From: Meiothermus cerbereus
Lineage (GTDB): Bacteria > Deinococcota > Deinococci > Deinococcales > Thermaceae
Assembly (NCBI RefSeq): GCF_051297115.1
Contig: NZ_JBEVAL010000010.1
Span: forward strand, 107-64,106
Length of the DNA: 64,000 nt
Direction: 5' to 3'
In this document: in pieces, positions 18,091-30,299 of the stretch
How positions within the stretch are numbered: position 1 is the first letter of the stretch
How the letters are laid out: each line of letters starts with the position of its first letter
Translations under genes and position numbers: made by a program
Notes under the pieces: generated by a model
The model's input: the letters and a program-made list of their open reading frames with translations, nothing else
Told to the model about the DNA's origin: nothing
Databases searched by the model: none

Positions 18091-18250
18091 CAGGCCCAGA
18101 GGGAATCATCCTGCTGGTGAACAGCGGCTTCAGCCGTCTGTCCCGAAGGGGATCGTCCACCGGTGAACAGCCGCGCCAGCGGTCTGTCCCGAAGGGGATC
18201 GTCCGCCCGGTGAACAGCCGCGCCAGCAGTCTGTCCCAACAGGGGCCAAC
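18091..18250. repeat. Tandem 46-47 bp double-hairpin repeats, cluster B (2 good units plus degenerate flanks)
   Basis: Units start at 18116, 18162 and 18209 (the last degenerate), with a degenerate partial unit at 18091-18115. The cluster lies between the gcvP stop and the riboswitch promoter. Confidence 0.85.
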
Positions 18251-18296
18251 TGGCACCGCTCAGCCAGGCCGCCACGGCAAGCGCCCTGGACGCCGA

Positions 18297-21188
<2,892 letters not shown>

Positions 21189-21261
21189 GGGGTCTCCTCT
21201 CTTCGCTGTTGCAGTGGTAGCAAGCACACCCATTGCAGTCTTTGAAGAATCTTGACCCCAT

Positions 21262-21398
21262 CTGTCCTTTTGCCTGAGAGTGTTATCCCGTCGGCGGGCG
21301 GTGTTCGCCTCTCTCCAGATTGCACTGCTGTGGTCCTTTTGCCTGAGAGTTTCCGGGGTGGTTGCTCCTTCGGCGTGGGGCTGGCCCATCTCTCCCAT
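21262..21398 (-). promoter_or_regulatory. Tandem glycine riboswitch (two aptamers)
   Basis: Minus-strand aptamer 1 is GGGAGAG...ACGCCGAAGGAGCAA...CTCTCAGGCAAAAGGACC. Aptamer 2 is CTGGAGAG...CGCCGACGGGATAA...CTCTCAGGCAAAAGGACAG. Confidence 0.9.
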
Positions 21399-21422
21399 CA
21401 GCAGCCTGCTGCATGTACCTCG

Positions 21423-21452
21423 ATTATCATAGCCCAAACAGGCCTGGCTCAA
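21423..21452 (-). promoter_or_regulatory. Promoter driving the glycine riboswitch-gcvP transcript
   Basis: Minus strand has TTGAGC (21447-21452), an 18-nt spacer, and GATAAT (21423-21428), about 25 nt upstream of aptamer 1. Confidence 0.55.
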
Positions 21453-21484
21453 AAAGTGACACTTGTACAGTTTCTGATACCGAC

Positions 21485-21517
21485 GAAATCGGGATGGGGC
21501 CGTATTACCCCATCCCC
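21485..21517 (-). terminator. Hairpin downstream of gcvH (possible terminator/attenuator)
   Basis: 9-bp stem gggatgggg/ccccatccc followed by a weak T-run (gATTTcg) on the minus strand. Confidence 0.4.
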
Positions 21518-21543
21518 AGCCTGGCAGTGCGCCCGCTCGAGCG

Positions 21544-21927
21544 TTACTGGCTTTCTGCCACAGCCTGATACTCCGCCGCCGACAAAAGCCCATTGGCGCT
21601 TTCTGGGTTAACTTTCATTTTGAACAACCAGCCCTCGCCGTAGGGCGACTGATTAATAAGCTCGGGCTTGTCCGTCAGGGCGCTATTAACTTCAATGATT
21701 TCGCCGCTCAGTGGCGCATAGATGTCGGAAGCCGTCTTGACCGATTCCACCACCGCCACCGCTGCAGCGGCTTCTACCTTCTTGCCCACCTGTGGCAGAT
21801 CCACAAAAACCACATCCCCAAGGGCATCCTGGGCAAAGTCGGTGATGCCAACCACGGCCACGTCGCCCTCGAGGCGAACCCATTCATGCGTCTTGGTGTA
21901 CTTGAGCTCGGAAGGATAGTTCATCAT
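21544..21927 (-). CDS. gcvH: Glycine cleavage system H protein
   Basis: [11 protein letters not shown]...[16 protein letters not shown] lipoyl-lysine motif. The start is one of GTG 21930, ATG 21927 or ATG 21924, all after GAGG. Confidence 0.93.
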   Translation of the reverse strand: MMNYPSELKYTKTHEWVRLEGDVAVVGITDFAQDALGDVVFVDLPQVGKKVEAAAAVAVVESVKTASDIYAPLSGEIIEVNSALTDKPELINQSPYGEGWLFKMKVNPESANGLLSAAEYQAVAESQ

Positions 21928-22000
21928 CACACCTCGGTTGTGAGTGTATCGCCAAAAAGCTCTGGTCGCACAGGGAGCAATTTACCTCATGCACCCTGGG

Positions 22001-23056
22001 TTATAGCTTCACGAAAGGGGTCTCGGTCACTGTTGCAGCCGCCATCTTGCCGCGAATTTCGACCTCGAGCGGCGTGCCAGGGTCACTTAAATCTGCCTCG
22101 ACATAGCCCATCCCGATGCCCTTTTTGAGCACCGGCGAGTGCGTGCCCGAAGTCAGGAATCCCACCTCCCGCCCGTCTCGGAGCACCCGGTAGCCCTCGC
22201 GGGGAATGCCCCCTTCGACCAGCAAGCCCACCAACCGGCGCTCACATACGCCCTGGAGCATAGCGCTTTTACCAAAGAACTCCTTCTGGTCTTTGACCAC
22301 CCAGCTAAAGGGGGTACACCGGGGGTTAGTCTCATCGGTTAACTCGTGGCCGTAGAGCGGAAATCCGGCCTCGAGCCGCAAGGTATCGCGTGCCCCCAGG
22401 CCACAGGGGGTTACCCCAGCAGCCAGCAAAGCCTCCCAGACTGCCTGGGCATCCTCAGGGGCAATAAACACCTCGTAGCCATCCTCTCCGGTGTAGCCTG
22501 TCCGGGCAAAGCGCACCCATTTGCCCGCCAGCTTGCCCATGAAGGTATCGTTCTTTTTACGCGAGGCCAGGTCGGTATCGGTGAGTTTTTGCATCACGGC
22601 CACCGCGTTGGGGCCCTGCACAGCGATCAGGGCAAATAGATCGGAAGCGTTCTTTAGCTCTACTGCAAAGCCCTCCGCCAGCCGCTGGAGGTGACCCCAG
22701 TCTTTCTCGATGTTGGCTGCGTTCACCACCATCAAATACTCTTGCTCGCCGGTTCGATAAACATAAATGTCGTCCACCACGCCCCCCCGCGCGTTGGGCA
22801 GCATGGAGTACTGGGCCCGTCCTTCCTTAAGCTTGGAGACATCGTTCAGGGTTGCGTACTGCAAAAAATCCAGTGCACCTGGCCCCCGTATCCAGAACTC
22901 GCCCATATGGCTCACATCAAACATACCCACCAGCCCCCGCACCGCCAGGTGCTCCGAGGTGATGGAGGTGTACTGGATGGGCATCTCGTAACCCGCAAAA
23001 GGCACCATCCGGGCTCCTTGTGCCAGGTGGGCTTGATGTAGTGGAGTGGTTTTCAT
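22001..23056 (-). CDS. gcvT: Glycine cleavage system T protein (aminomethyltransferase)
   Basis: MKTTPLHQAHLAQGARMVPFAGYEMPIQY is the canonical GcvT N-terminus. The ATG at 23056 lies 8 nt after TGgTATGCT (23065-23073). Confidence 0.93.
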   Translation of the reverse strand: MKTTPLHQAHLAQGARMVPFAGYEMPIQYTSITSEHLAVRGLVGMFDVSHMGEFWIRGPGALDFLQYATLNDVSKLKEGRAQYSMLPNARGGVVDDIYVYRTGEQEYLMVVNAANIEKDWGHLQRLAEGFAVELKNASDLFALIAVQGPNAVAVMQKLTDTDLASRKKNDTFMGKLAGKWVRFARTGYTGEDGYEVFIAPEDAQAVWEALLAAGVTPCGLGARDTLRLEAGFPLYGHELTDETNPRCTPFSWVVKDQKEFFGKSAMLQGVCERRLVGLLVEGGIPREGYRVLRDGREVGFLTSGTHSPVLKKGIGMGYVEADLSDPGTPLEVEIRGKMAAATVTETPFVKL

Positions 23057-23263
23057 GCCCCAATAGCATACCAATGCCAGGGCCAATGGCTGCAAATTGC
23101 CGTAGGGCTGCGTAGTCAAAAATCAACCTGCCAGGCCAATCCCCACAAAAGTGAGCTGGAATGCGCGACGCAGGTGCCAGGGTGGTCGAGAAGGCCCCCT
23201 ACAACCCTCAGCTATTTGCTTGTGGAGCACAGTAAACTGCGTATCCGTCTTTAACTTACGCCA

Positions 23264-23854
23264 CTAGCTGGCAGCCGCAACCCTTGAAAGCACCTGGCGG
23301 CTCACAGCCTTGAGGGTTTCGAAAACCCCCATACCGGTGGTGGCTACCGCCTCGAAGATGGGCAGGCGCATCTCGGGGTCAATAACGGCCTGAATCATCT
23401 CGAGCGGTAGGGCATCCGGGGCGTCGCGTTTGTTGGCCTGAAGCACGATGGGGATGTCTTCTAGTTTTATGCCGTACTCGGCCAGGTTTTCACGCAAGTT
23501 GCGCATGGACTCGGCGTTGGCACGCAAGCGGTTGGGGGCCGAGTCGGCCACAAACACAATGCCGTCTACGCCGCGCAGAATTAACTTGCGGCTGGCGTTA
23601 TAAAAGACCTGGCCCGGCACCGTGTACAGGTGAAAGCGGGTCTTGAAGCCCTTAACTTCACCCAGATCCACAGGCAAAAAGTCGAAAAACAGGGTGCGCT
23701 CGTCCTCGGTAGCCAGCGAGACCATCTCGCCTTTGCGGTTTTGCGGCACCTGCTGGAAAACCCACTTGAGGTTGGTGGTCTTTCCAGACATGCCGGGGCC
23801 ATAGTAGACAATTTTGAAATTGATTTCCCTGGCAGCAAAGTTAATCGTGCTCAT
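23264..23854 (-). CDS. mglA: Ras-like small GTPase MglA
   Basis: [16 protein letters not shown]-loop, the LYTVPGQ switch II region and QANKRD. Confidence 0.88.
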   Translation of the reverse strand: MSTINFAAREINFKIVYYGPGMSGKTTNLKWVFQQVPQNRKGEMVSLATEDERTLFFDFLPVDLGEVKGFKTRFHLYTVPGQVFYNASRKLILRGVDGIVFVADSAPNRLRANAESMRNLRENLAEYGIKLEDIPIVLQANKRDAPDALPLEMIQAVIDPEMRLPIFEAVATTGMGVFETLKAVSRQVLSRVAAAS

Positions 23855-23856
23855 AG

Positions 23857-24348
23857 TTAGTTACCAAATAGCTCGTCCAAGAGGGCACTGGCCCCATCGC
23901 GGTACTCGTGGTCAATCCCAAGGGTTCTGGGCTGCACCAGAGCATCTTTGGTGATGACCTCGAGCAATTGCACCGCCCGCTTGCCAAACAGCTTAACCCG
24001 CCCCACCGGGGCCGAGTTATCAAAGATGACCGCCAGCAGGGCCAGATCGCCCACTTCTTCTGCGTAGAGGCCGTAGGTGGCACCCTGGTGCAATAACTCG
24101 TTGAAGCGAGGCTCCCCCAGCATTTTTGCTAAGGCCTGGGTGGCTGCTGCGTTGCCGGCAATAAGGGTTGCCAGCGAGTCCAGGGCTGGAGGCCGGGGTG
24201 CCCACAAGGCTTCTTTGTGGGCCAGCACAAAGCCCTTACGATCGAGCAGCAGCACGTAACGGGCCCCACTCTCTCGCAGTAACTCCTCGAGGACATGCGC
24301 AGCCTTCTCGTAGGCGCCCCCAAAGAGTGCGATTGCAGGCTCAACCAT
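23857..24348 (-). CDS. mglB: Roadblock/LC7-domain protein MglB (MglA GAP)
   Basis: Roadblock/LC7-size protein 2 nt upstream of mglA. TGTTACACT lies 9 nt upstream of its ATG. Confidence 0.8.
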   Translation of the reverse strand: MVEPAIALFGGAYEKAAHVLEELLRESGARYVLLLDRKGFVLAHKEALWAPRPPALDSLATLIAGNAAATQALAKMLGEPRFNELLHQGATYGLYAEEVGDLALLAVIFDNSAPVGRVKLFGKRAVQLLEVITKDALVQPRTLGIDHEYRDGASALLDELFGN

Positions 24349-24508
24349 AATGGGCCCAGTGTAACACGCACACCTTACCTACCCCTGTGACCAATTACGC
24401 TAAAGCCACGCCACCAGCGGTCGGACGTCCCGGCTTGGACTTCTACCCCAGGGCGCTAAACTAAGCCGTGCGCGGCCTCGAGCTGGCCCAAACAAGGGAG
24501 ACCCGCTT

Positions 24509-25624
24509 TTGAAACACCTCTACGTTCACGTTCCTTTCTGCCCTACCATCTGCCCTTACTGCGACTTTCATGTGGTTCGGCGGTATGGGGGGATGGTGGG
24601 GGCCTATCTAAAGCGGCTGGCCCAGGAGGCCCAGGCCCTCTTCGCGCAGCACCCTGGCAAGCTCAACACGCTGTACCTGGGTGGGGGCACACCGAGCTTT
24701 TTACGAAACCGCGAGCTCGAACTGCTTTTTAGCGCTTTACCATGGAACCTCGAGGGGGCCGAGGTGACCCTCGAGGCCAACCCCGGTACGCTCAACCCCG
24801 AGCGCCTCCAGCTGCTGCGCGAGCTGGGGGTCAACCGCCTTTCGCTGGGGGTGCAAAGTTTTCAGGATGATGTGCTCAAGGCCCTGGGCCGGGCTCACGG
24901 ACAAAAAGGGGCTTTGCGGGCGGTAGAGATGAGCCTCGAGGCCGGGTTTCGTACCTCCATTGACCTTATTCTGGGCCTGCCCGGACAGGATGCCCTGGCC
25001 GACCTCGAGCAGGCTGTGGCTTTGGGCGTGGGGCACGTTTCGGCCTACACCCTGCAAATCGAGCCCGGTACGCCATTTGCCCTGGCAGGCCTTGTGCCCG
25101 ACCCGGATGCCGAGGCCCAGGCTTTTGAGCTGGCACAAGCCGTGCTGGGGCAGGCCGGTCTGGTACGCTACGAGGTATCCAACTTTGCCCGCCCCGGCCA
25201 GGAGAGCCAGCACAACCTGGCCTACTGGCACAACGCCACCTGGGGAGGGCTGGGGCCTGGGGCTACCGGCCAGCTCACTGGGGCTGGCAATGGCGGCTTT
25301 CTCACCTGGCGCTACACCAATCCTCCGCTACCGCGCTGGCTTCAGGGCGAAGGGCCCTGGGTTGAGCAGGTAAGTGCGCTCGAGCACGCCAGAGAGTCCC
25401 TGATGCTGGGCCTGCGGCTGGCCCAGGGGGTGGATGTGGGGCAGATCGAGCTGCGCTGTGGGCTAAAGCTGTGGCAGGCCCTGGAGCCTGCGGTGCAGGC
25501 CTTGAGCCTCGAGGGGGTGCTCGAGGTGCAGCAAAAGCGCATCCGCGCTTTGGACCTCAGCACCCTGCACCCCATAATTCTGCAGCTTTGGGCAGCGTTA
25601 GAGGCAGCGCAAATTGAATGCTGA
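24509..25624 (+). CDS. hemW: Radical SAM haem chaperone HemW (HemN-like, oxygen-independent coproporphyrinogen oxidase family)
   Basis: YVHVPFCPTICPYCDF CxxxCxxC radical-SAM motif. TTG start after GGGAG. Confidence 0.85.
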   Translation: MKHLYVHVPFCPTICPYCDFHVVRRYGGMVGAYLKRLAQEAQALFAQHPGKLNTLYLGGGTPSFLRNRELELLFSALPWNLEGAEVTLEANPGTLNPERLQLLRELGVNRLSLGVQSFQDDVLKALGRAHGQKGALRAVEMSLEAGFRTSIDLILGLPGQDALADLEQAVALGVGHVSAYTLQIEPGTPFALAGLVPDPDAEAQAFELAQAVLGQAGLVRYEVSNFARPGQESQHNLAYWHNATWGGLGPGATGQLTGAGNGGFLTWRYTNPPLPRWLQGEGPWVEQVSALEHARESLMLGLRLAQGVDVGQIELRCGLKLWQALEPAVQALSLEGVLEVQQKRIRALDLSTLHPIILQLWAALEAAQIEC

Positions 25625-25633
25625 CCATGCGTA

Positions 25634-26455
25634 TCAGTCCAGCGCTGAGAAGTTCAGGGCTTCAAAGTCCCGCAGGGCCTCGAGGGCATTCTGGTAGCGC
25701 TTACTGGCATCTTTGGAAATGAGTCGGCTTATAAAGCCCCGTAGCTCTGTGGTAACCAACAAGCCCGAATCCGGGGCAGCTATCAGCGGTGGGGGGGACA
25801 GGTTTAGGTGGGCATTCATCACTTCGGCAGGCTCCCCTACAAACGGCAACTCGCCCGCAATTGCCCAGTACAAAAGGATTCCCGCCGAGTACATGTCCGA
25901 TGCCGGGGTAGGCGACTGCCCCCGGATCTGTTCTGGGGCGATATAAGCTATGGTTCCCAGGCGAACTTTCTGGCTAAAGCGCTCACCCAGTGGGCCGGAG
26001 AGGTCGAAGTCCACCAGGCGGGCCTCTCCAGTGCCGTCTACAACAAGGTTATCGGGCTTAACATCGCGGTGCACCAGGTTCAGGCCGTGCATGTGGGCGA
26101 GGGCCTCGAGCAGGTGTCGAAACACCCCCAACACCTTGGCGGGATTATCTTTTCGCCACTCCGAGAGGCGGCTGCCAGGCGCAAAAGCCAGCAGCACCGC
26201 CGGGTGTTCACCCCCCTCATGGGGTACGCTTAGCCGTGCCAGAACAGGGTTGATGTGCGGATGCTTGAGCCTCTGACCCACCCTCCACTCGCGGTCGGCC
26301 CGCCCTTCAAAGCCCTTGGGAAAGACCTTTAAGGCATAGGGGGTGCCGTGTATGTCGAAAGCCAGGTATACCGTAGCCAATGCCCCACGGGCAATCGGTC
26401 GGATGACCTTGTAGCGGCCTTCCAGGGTGATTCCGGCTAACCCCACAACCATCAC
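25634..26455 (-). CDS. Stand-alone Ser/Thr protein kinase (Hanks type)
   Basis: ALKVF lysine, HRDVKPDNLV catalytic loop, DFD (a DFG variant) and APE. No extra domains; 273 aa. Confidence 0.8.
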   Translation of the reverse strand: MMVVGLAGITLEGRYKVIRPIARGALATVYLAFDIHGTPYALKVFPKGFEGRADREWRVGQRLKHPHINPVLARLSVPHEGGEHPAVLLAFAPGSRLSEWRKDNPAKVLGVFRHLLEALAHMHGLNLVHRDVKPDNLVVDGTGEARLVDFDLSGPLGERFSQKVRLGTIAYIAPEQIRGQSPTPASDMYSAGILLYWAIAGELPFVGEPAEVMNAHLNLSPPPLIAAPDSGLLVTTELRGFISRLISKDASKRYQNALEALRDFEALNFSALD

Positions 26456-26603
26456 TATACCGATTTTGACCAGCCATCAGAGGTAATTTCAGGATGCAGG
26501 TGCCGGGCCGTACCGGGCTGCCTTGTTTGGGTAGTGCCAGGTCAGGGCAGGGGTGGGTGGCTCAGGTTAGAATTACCCTGGCCCAGGCTGGGGAGGTTGC
26601 AAC

Positions 26604-27347
26604 GTGCGTGGTTTAGTGTTGTCAGGAGGCGGAGCCAGAGGGTTGGCCCATATTGGGGTACTGGAGGTACTCGAGGCCCAGGGATTCCAGGCCGAGGTGG
26701 TAGCCGGGACCAGCATGGGAGCAGTGGTAGGGGCTCTTTATGCCTCCGGCAAAAAGCCCCATGAAATCCTGGAAATTGCCCGCTCTACACCCTGGCTGCG
26801 CCTGCTGGATCTGGTACCTCGCCCAGGGCTCATTTCCCAGCGTGGCCTGCGGGACTTCCTGGCCAAATACCTGCCGGCGCGGTTCGAGCAACTGCCCATT
26901 CGGCTGGTTGTTACTGCAGTGGACCTCGAGGCTGGTAAGGTGGCTTACTTCTCCGAGGGCGACCTGACCGGGGCGGTGCTGGCCTCGGTGGCCTACCCCG
27001 GCCTGGTGGCTCCGGTGCACTTCGAGGGTCGAACCTATGTGGATGGCGGGGTGCTCGACAACCTGCCGGTAGATGCTGCCCGCTTTATGCGGGCCAAATA
27101 CGTGCTGGCGGTGGATGTGACCCCGGAGATGCACTTACCTGGGGTTCCACGCTCCTCCATCGGACAGGTGCGCCGGGCCATAGACATCATGCAAAACCAC
27201 CTGACCGCAGCCCGCCGTTCGCTCTACCCGCCCGAGCTTTATATTCGCCCAGAGCTGCCTGGGGTAGGTATCGAGCAGTTTGGCCGGCTCGAGGAGATTG
27301 TTGAGGCTGGCCGCAAAGCAGCCTCACAGGCACAGCTCAGATTTTAG
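26604..27347 (+). CDS. Patatin-like phospholipase
   Basis: GGGARG oxyanion motif, GTSMG nucleophile and a DGG aspartate motif. Confidence 0.85.
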   Translation: MRGLVLSGGGARGLAHIGVLEVLEAQGFQAEVVAGTSMGAVVGALYASGKKPHEILEIARSTPWLRLLDLVPRPGLISQRGLRDFLAKYLPARFEQLPIRLVVTAVDLEAGKVAYFSEGDLTGAVLASVAYPGLVAPVHFEGRTYVDGGVLDNLPVDAARFMRAKYVLAVDVTPEMHLPGVPRSSIGQVRRAIDIMQNHLTAARRSLYPPELYIRPELPGVGIEQFGRLEEIVEAGRKAASQAQLRF

Positions 27348-27542
27348 GACTATCCTGGTGCCGGCCAACCAGGGTAAATCGAGGTTTGGCCGGTGTTTAT
27401 GCCGGGCTGTCGGCACAGCTCCGCTATGCAACATAGCCAGCACTCGATGCCAGAAGGTTTTTTGAAGTGAACTGCCGGGGCAGGTCGGCCGTGCGTTATG
27501 CTATGGGCCGGGCCTTGGCTACCACGAAAGGGACTTTTTGCG

Positions 27543-28325
27543 ATGCACAGGTTTTTGGACTATCTCTTCAAAGAATGGTTTCGTCAAGTGGGCGAAGCGC
27601 TTTTGCTGGCCTTCCTGGTTACTACGTTCCTGTTTACCACAGTAGGCGTGGTAGGCAGCTCGATGAACCCCACCTTGCTCAACGGTGAGCGGGTGTTTGT
27701 ACCCAAATATGAGACCTGGTTGGTGCGCTTTGGCCTTATGCAGTGGCGGCGGGGCGAGATCGCCATTGTCAAGCCGCCCGAGGGAACGCCCAACGCGGTA
27801 GCCCAGTTCCCGGTGCTGGGTTTTCAGTTTCGGGCTTTTTTCATCAAGCGCATTGTTGGCCTGCCGGGCGACGAAATAAGCCTGCGGGAAGGGGTGGTTT
27901 ACCTCAACGGCAAACCCCTCAACGAAGTCCACATCACGGCCTCGCTGAGCCCCTACCCCGATAGCTATCCGGTGGTCTGCTACGAGAATGAAAGGTTAAC
28001 AGCCCTCTTTACCCAGCAGCAGGTGCGTTTTGCCCCAGAACAGCTCCCCGAATACCTCAAACCCACCCTCGAGATGCTCGCACCCCCCAGCCCCCAAGAC
28101 CTGGCAAAAAGCCTGGCTGGCGAGCACTGCTTTACTGGCTCGCTTAGGCTCAAGCCTGGCTACTACTTCGTGATGGGTGATAACCGCACCTTTGGAGGCT
28201 CGGAGGATTCGCGCACCTTCGGCCCGGTGCCCACGGAGGCAATCGCGGGCCGGGCCAATGCAGTCTGGTGGCCCCTCAACCGCATTCGGGGCCTGGACAT
28301 TCCCGAGGGTTTCAAAGGCCTATAG
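27543..28325 (+). CDS. lepB: Signal peptidase I
   Basis: GSSMNPTL (catalytic Ser), KRIVGLPGD (catalytic Lys) and GDNRTFGGSEDSR. The ATG at 27543 is preferred over the ORF-track start at 27498. Confidence 0.85.
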   Translation: MHRFLDYLFKEWFRQVGEALLLAFLVTTFLFTTVGVVGSSMNPTLLNGERVFVPKYETWLVRFGLMQWRRGEIAIVKPPEGTPNAVAQFPVLGFQFRAFFIKRIVGLPGDEISLREGVVYLNGKPLNEVHITASLSPYPDSYPVVCYENERLTALFTQQQVRFAPEQLPEYLKPTLEMLAPPSPQDLAKSLAGEHCFTGSLRLKPGYYFVMGDNRTFGGSEDSRTFGPVPTEAIAGRANAVWWPLNRIRGLDIPEGFKGL

Positions 28326-28394
28326 GGCTTGAGCAGGTCGGGGCTTTCTGGCTTCTCATACCAGCTTCACCGTGCGGCGCTAGATTCCTTAGGA

Positions 28395-28946
28395 ATGGAG
28401 CGAATGCACGGCACCACCATTGTGGCAGTTCGTCGAGACGGTGTCACGGCAATCGCAGGCGACGGACAGGTCACCCTGGGTCAGACCATCATGAAGACCG
28501 GGGCGGTTAAGGTTCGCCGCCTGGAGCAGGGCGAGGGCATCCTGGTTGGTTTTGCCGGCGCTGTGGCCGATGCCCTGGTGCTTCTGGAAAAGTTTGAGGG
28601 TGCGCTGTCGGGGGCAAAAGGAAACTTGCAGCGAGCCGCCATAGAAACCGCCAAACTATGGCGTAGCGACCGGATACTGCGGAACCTCGAGGCCATGCTG
28701 GTGCTCGCCGACCGCGACAGCCTGCTGCTTTTGTCTGGCAACGGCGAGGTGTTGAGCCCGGATGAGCCGGTAATGGCCGTCGGCTCTGGCGGCCCCTATG
28801 CCCTTGCTGCTGCAAAAGCCTTGCTACGGCACTCGAGCCTCCCTGCCCCCCAGATAGCCGAACAGGCCATCCGGATTGCCGGAGAGATAGACCTTTACAC
28901 CAGTGGCCAGGCCACCCAGGTCTTGAGCGTAGGGGGTGAAGGATGA
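28395..28946 (+). CDS. hslV: ATP-dependent protease subunit HslV
   Basis: HGTTIVAVRRDG N-terminal Thr nucleophile region. Start is ATG 28395 or 28404. The stop overlaps the hslU start (ATGA). Confidence 0.9.
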   Translation: MERMHGTTIVAVRRDGVTAIAGDGQVTLGQTIMKTGAVKVRRLEQGEGILVGFAGAVADALVLLEKFEGALSGAKGNLQRAAIETAKLWRSDRILRNLEAMLVLADRDSLLLLSGNGEVLSPDEPVMAVGSGGPYALAAAKALLRHSSLPAPQIAEQAIRIAGEIDLYTSGQATQVLSVGGEG

Positions 28947-30196
28947 CCCTGACCCCAGCCGAAATTGTGCGCGAGCTGGACAAACACATCGTGGGTCAGG
29001 CCGCCGCCAAGCGGGCTGTGGCGGTTGCCTTGCGCAACCGTATACGCCGGAAGAAGCTACCGCCCGAGCTGGCTCGAGAGGTCACGCCCAAAAACATCCT
29101 GATGATTGGCCCCACCGGAGTCGGCAAAACCGAGATCGCCCGGCGCCTGGCCCGCCTGGCAGGGGCACCCTTTTTGAAGGTCGAGGCCACCAAGTTTACC
29201 GAGGTGGGCTATGTGGGTCGGGATGTGGACTCCATTGTGCGCGACCTGGCCGAGGCTTCCTACCAACTGGTCATGCAGGAGATGAAGGCCAAAGTGGAGG
29301 GGCGGGCCCAGAGCCTGGCCGAGGACGAGGTGGCCTCGCTCTTGCGCATCCAGCCTTTTGAATTGCGCACGGGCCGTTACAACGACCAGATGGTGGAAAT
29401 CGAGGTGGCCGAGGAGGCCCGCCTGCCCATGATGGGTATGTTTGGCGGCGAGCAGATGCAAGGCCTGCAGGACATGCTCAAAGGGCTGATGCCGCAGCGT
29501 AAAGTACGGCGCAAAGTGCGGGTCAAAGAGGCCCTGGAAATCCTGAAAAACCAGGAGGCTGAACGCCTGGTGGACAAGGAGGAGGCCACCCAGGAAGCCC
29601 TGCGTCGTGCCCAGGAAGAGGGCATTGTGTTTATTGACGAGATGGACAAGATCGCCCGGAGCAAAGGTGGTGTCGGCGGCCCGGACGTCTCGGGCGAGGG
29701 GGTGCAACGCGACTTGCTGCCCATCGTGGAGGGCACGGTGGTCTCGACCCGCTTAGGGCCGGTCTCGACCGATCATGTGCTATTTATTGCTGCGGGGGCC
29801 TTTCATGTTTCCAAGCCTTCAGACCTTATCCCGGAGTTGCAGGGCAGGTTCCCCATTCGGGTCGAGCTCGAGCCCCTCGGGCCCCAGGAGTTCGAGCGCA
29901 TCTTGCGCGAGCCAGAAAACTCGCTCATCAAACAGTACCAGGCCTTGCTTGCTGCCGACGAGACCGAGCTGCACTTTACCCCCGAGGCCATCCAGGCCGT
30001 AGCCCGATTTGCTCACCAAGCTAACCAAGAGTTGGAGGATATTGGCGCCAGGCGACTCGCTACGGTGTTGGAACGGCTTTTGGAAGAAGTTTCCTTTCAA
30101 ACCAGCCTGGGGCGGGTTGAAGTAACCAAGGAGTATGTGGAAGCGCGGCTCAAAGATATACTTGCCTCCCCCGACCTTTCCCGCTACATCCTATGA
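28943..30196 (+). CDS. hslU: ATP-dependent protease ATPase subunit HslU
   Basis: IVGQAAAKRAVAVALRNR, Walker A GPTGVGKT and Walker B IVFIDEMDK. Confidence 0.95.
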   Translation: MTLTPAEIVRELDKHIVGQAAAKRAVAVALRNRIRRKKLPPELAREVTPKNILMIGPTGVGKTEIARRLARLAGAPFLKVEATKFTEVGYVGRDVDSIVRDLAEASYQLVMQEMKAKVEGRAQSLAEDEVASLLRIQPFELRTGRYNDQMVEIEVAEEARLPMMGMFGGEQMQGLQDMLKGLMPQRKVRRKVRVKEALEILKNQEAERLVDKEEATQEALRRAQEEGIVFIDEMDKIARSKGGVGGPDVSGEGVQRDLLPIVEGTVVSTRLGPVSTDHVLFIAAGAFHVSKPSDLIPELQGRFPIRVELEPLGPQEFERILREPENSLIKQYQALLAADETELHFTPEAIQAVARFAHQANQELEDIGARRLATVLERLLEEVSFQTSLGRVEVTKEYVEARLKDILASPDLSRYIL

Positions 30197-30299
30197 AGAC
30201 CGGGGGCCTTCTATGAAATCCAGGCAAACAAGACCTGTTTTGGCAACACCTTACTGCCAGGTGAGCAACGGCCAACAAGTTGAAACATTTAGGAGGAAG

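Noticed and set aside
17611-18250. CRISPR array hypothesis for the tandem repeats
   Set aside because: The units are directly adjacent with no unique spacers, there are only 2-5 units per locus, and no cas genes or leader are present. The period equals the repeat length.
21189-21593. N-terminal 135 codons of the ORF-track gcvP (start 21593)
   Set aside because: This stretch covers a promoter and both glycine riboswitch aptamers. The canonical GcvP N-terminus, with a strong SD, begins at 21188.
25634-27347. Ser/Thr kinase plus patatin phospholipase as a possible defence or signalling pair
   Set aside because: The genes are divergently transcribed and have no accessory domains (no cyclase, TIR, NACHT or sensor). 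They are flanked by housekeeping genes, so there is no support for a dedicated system.
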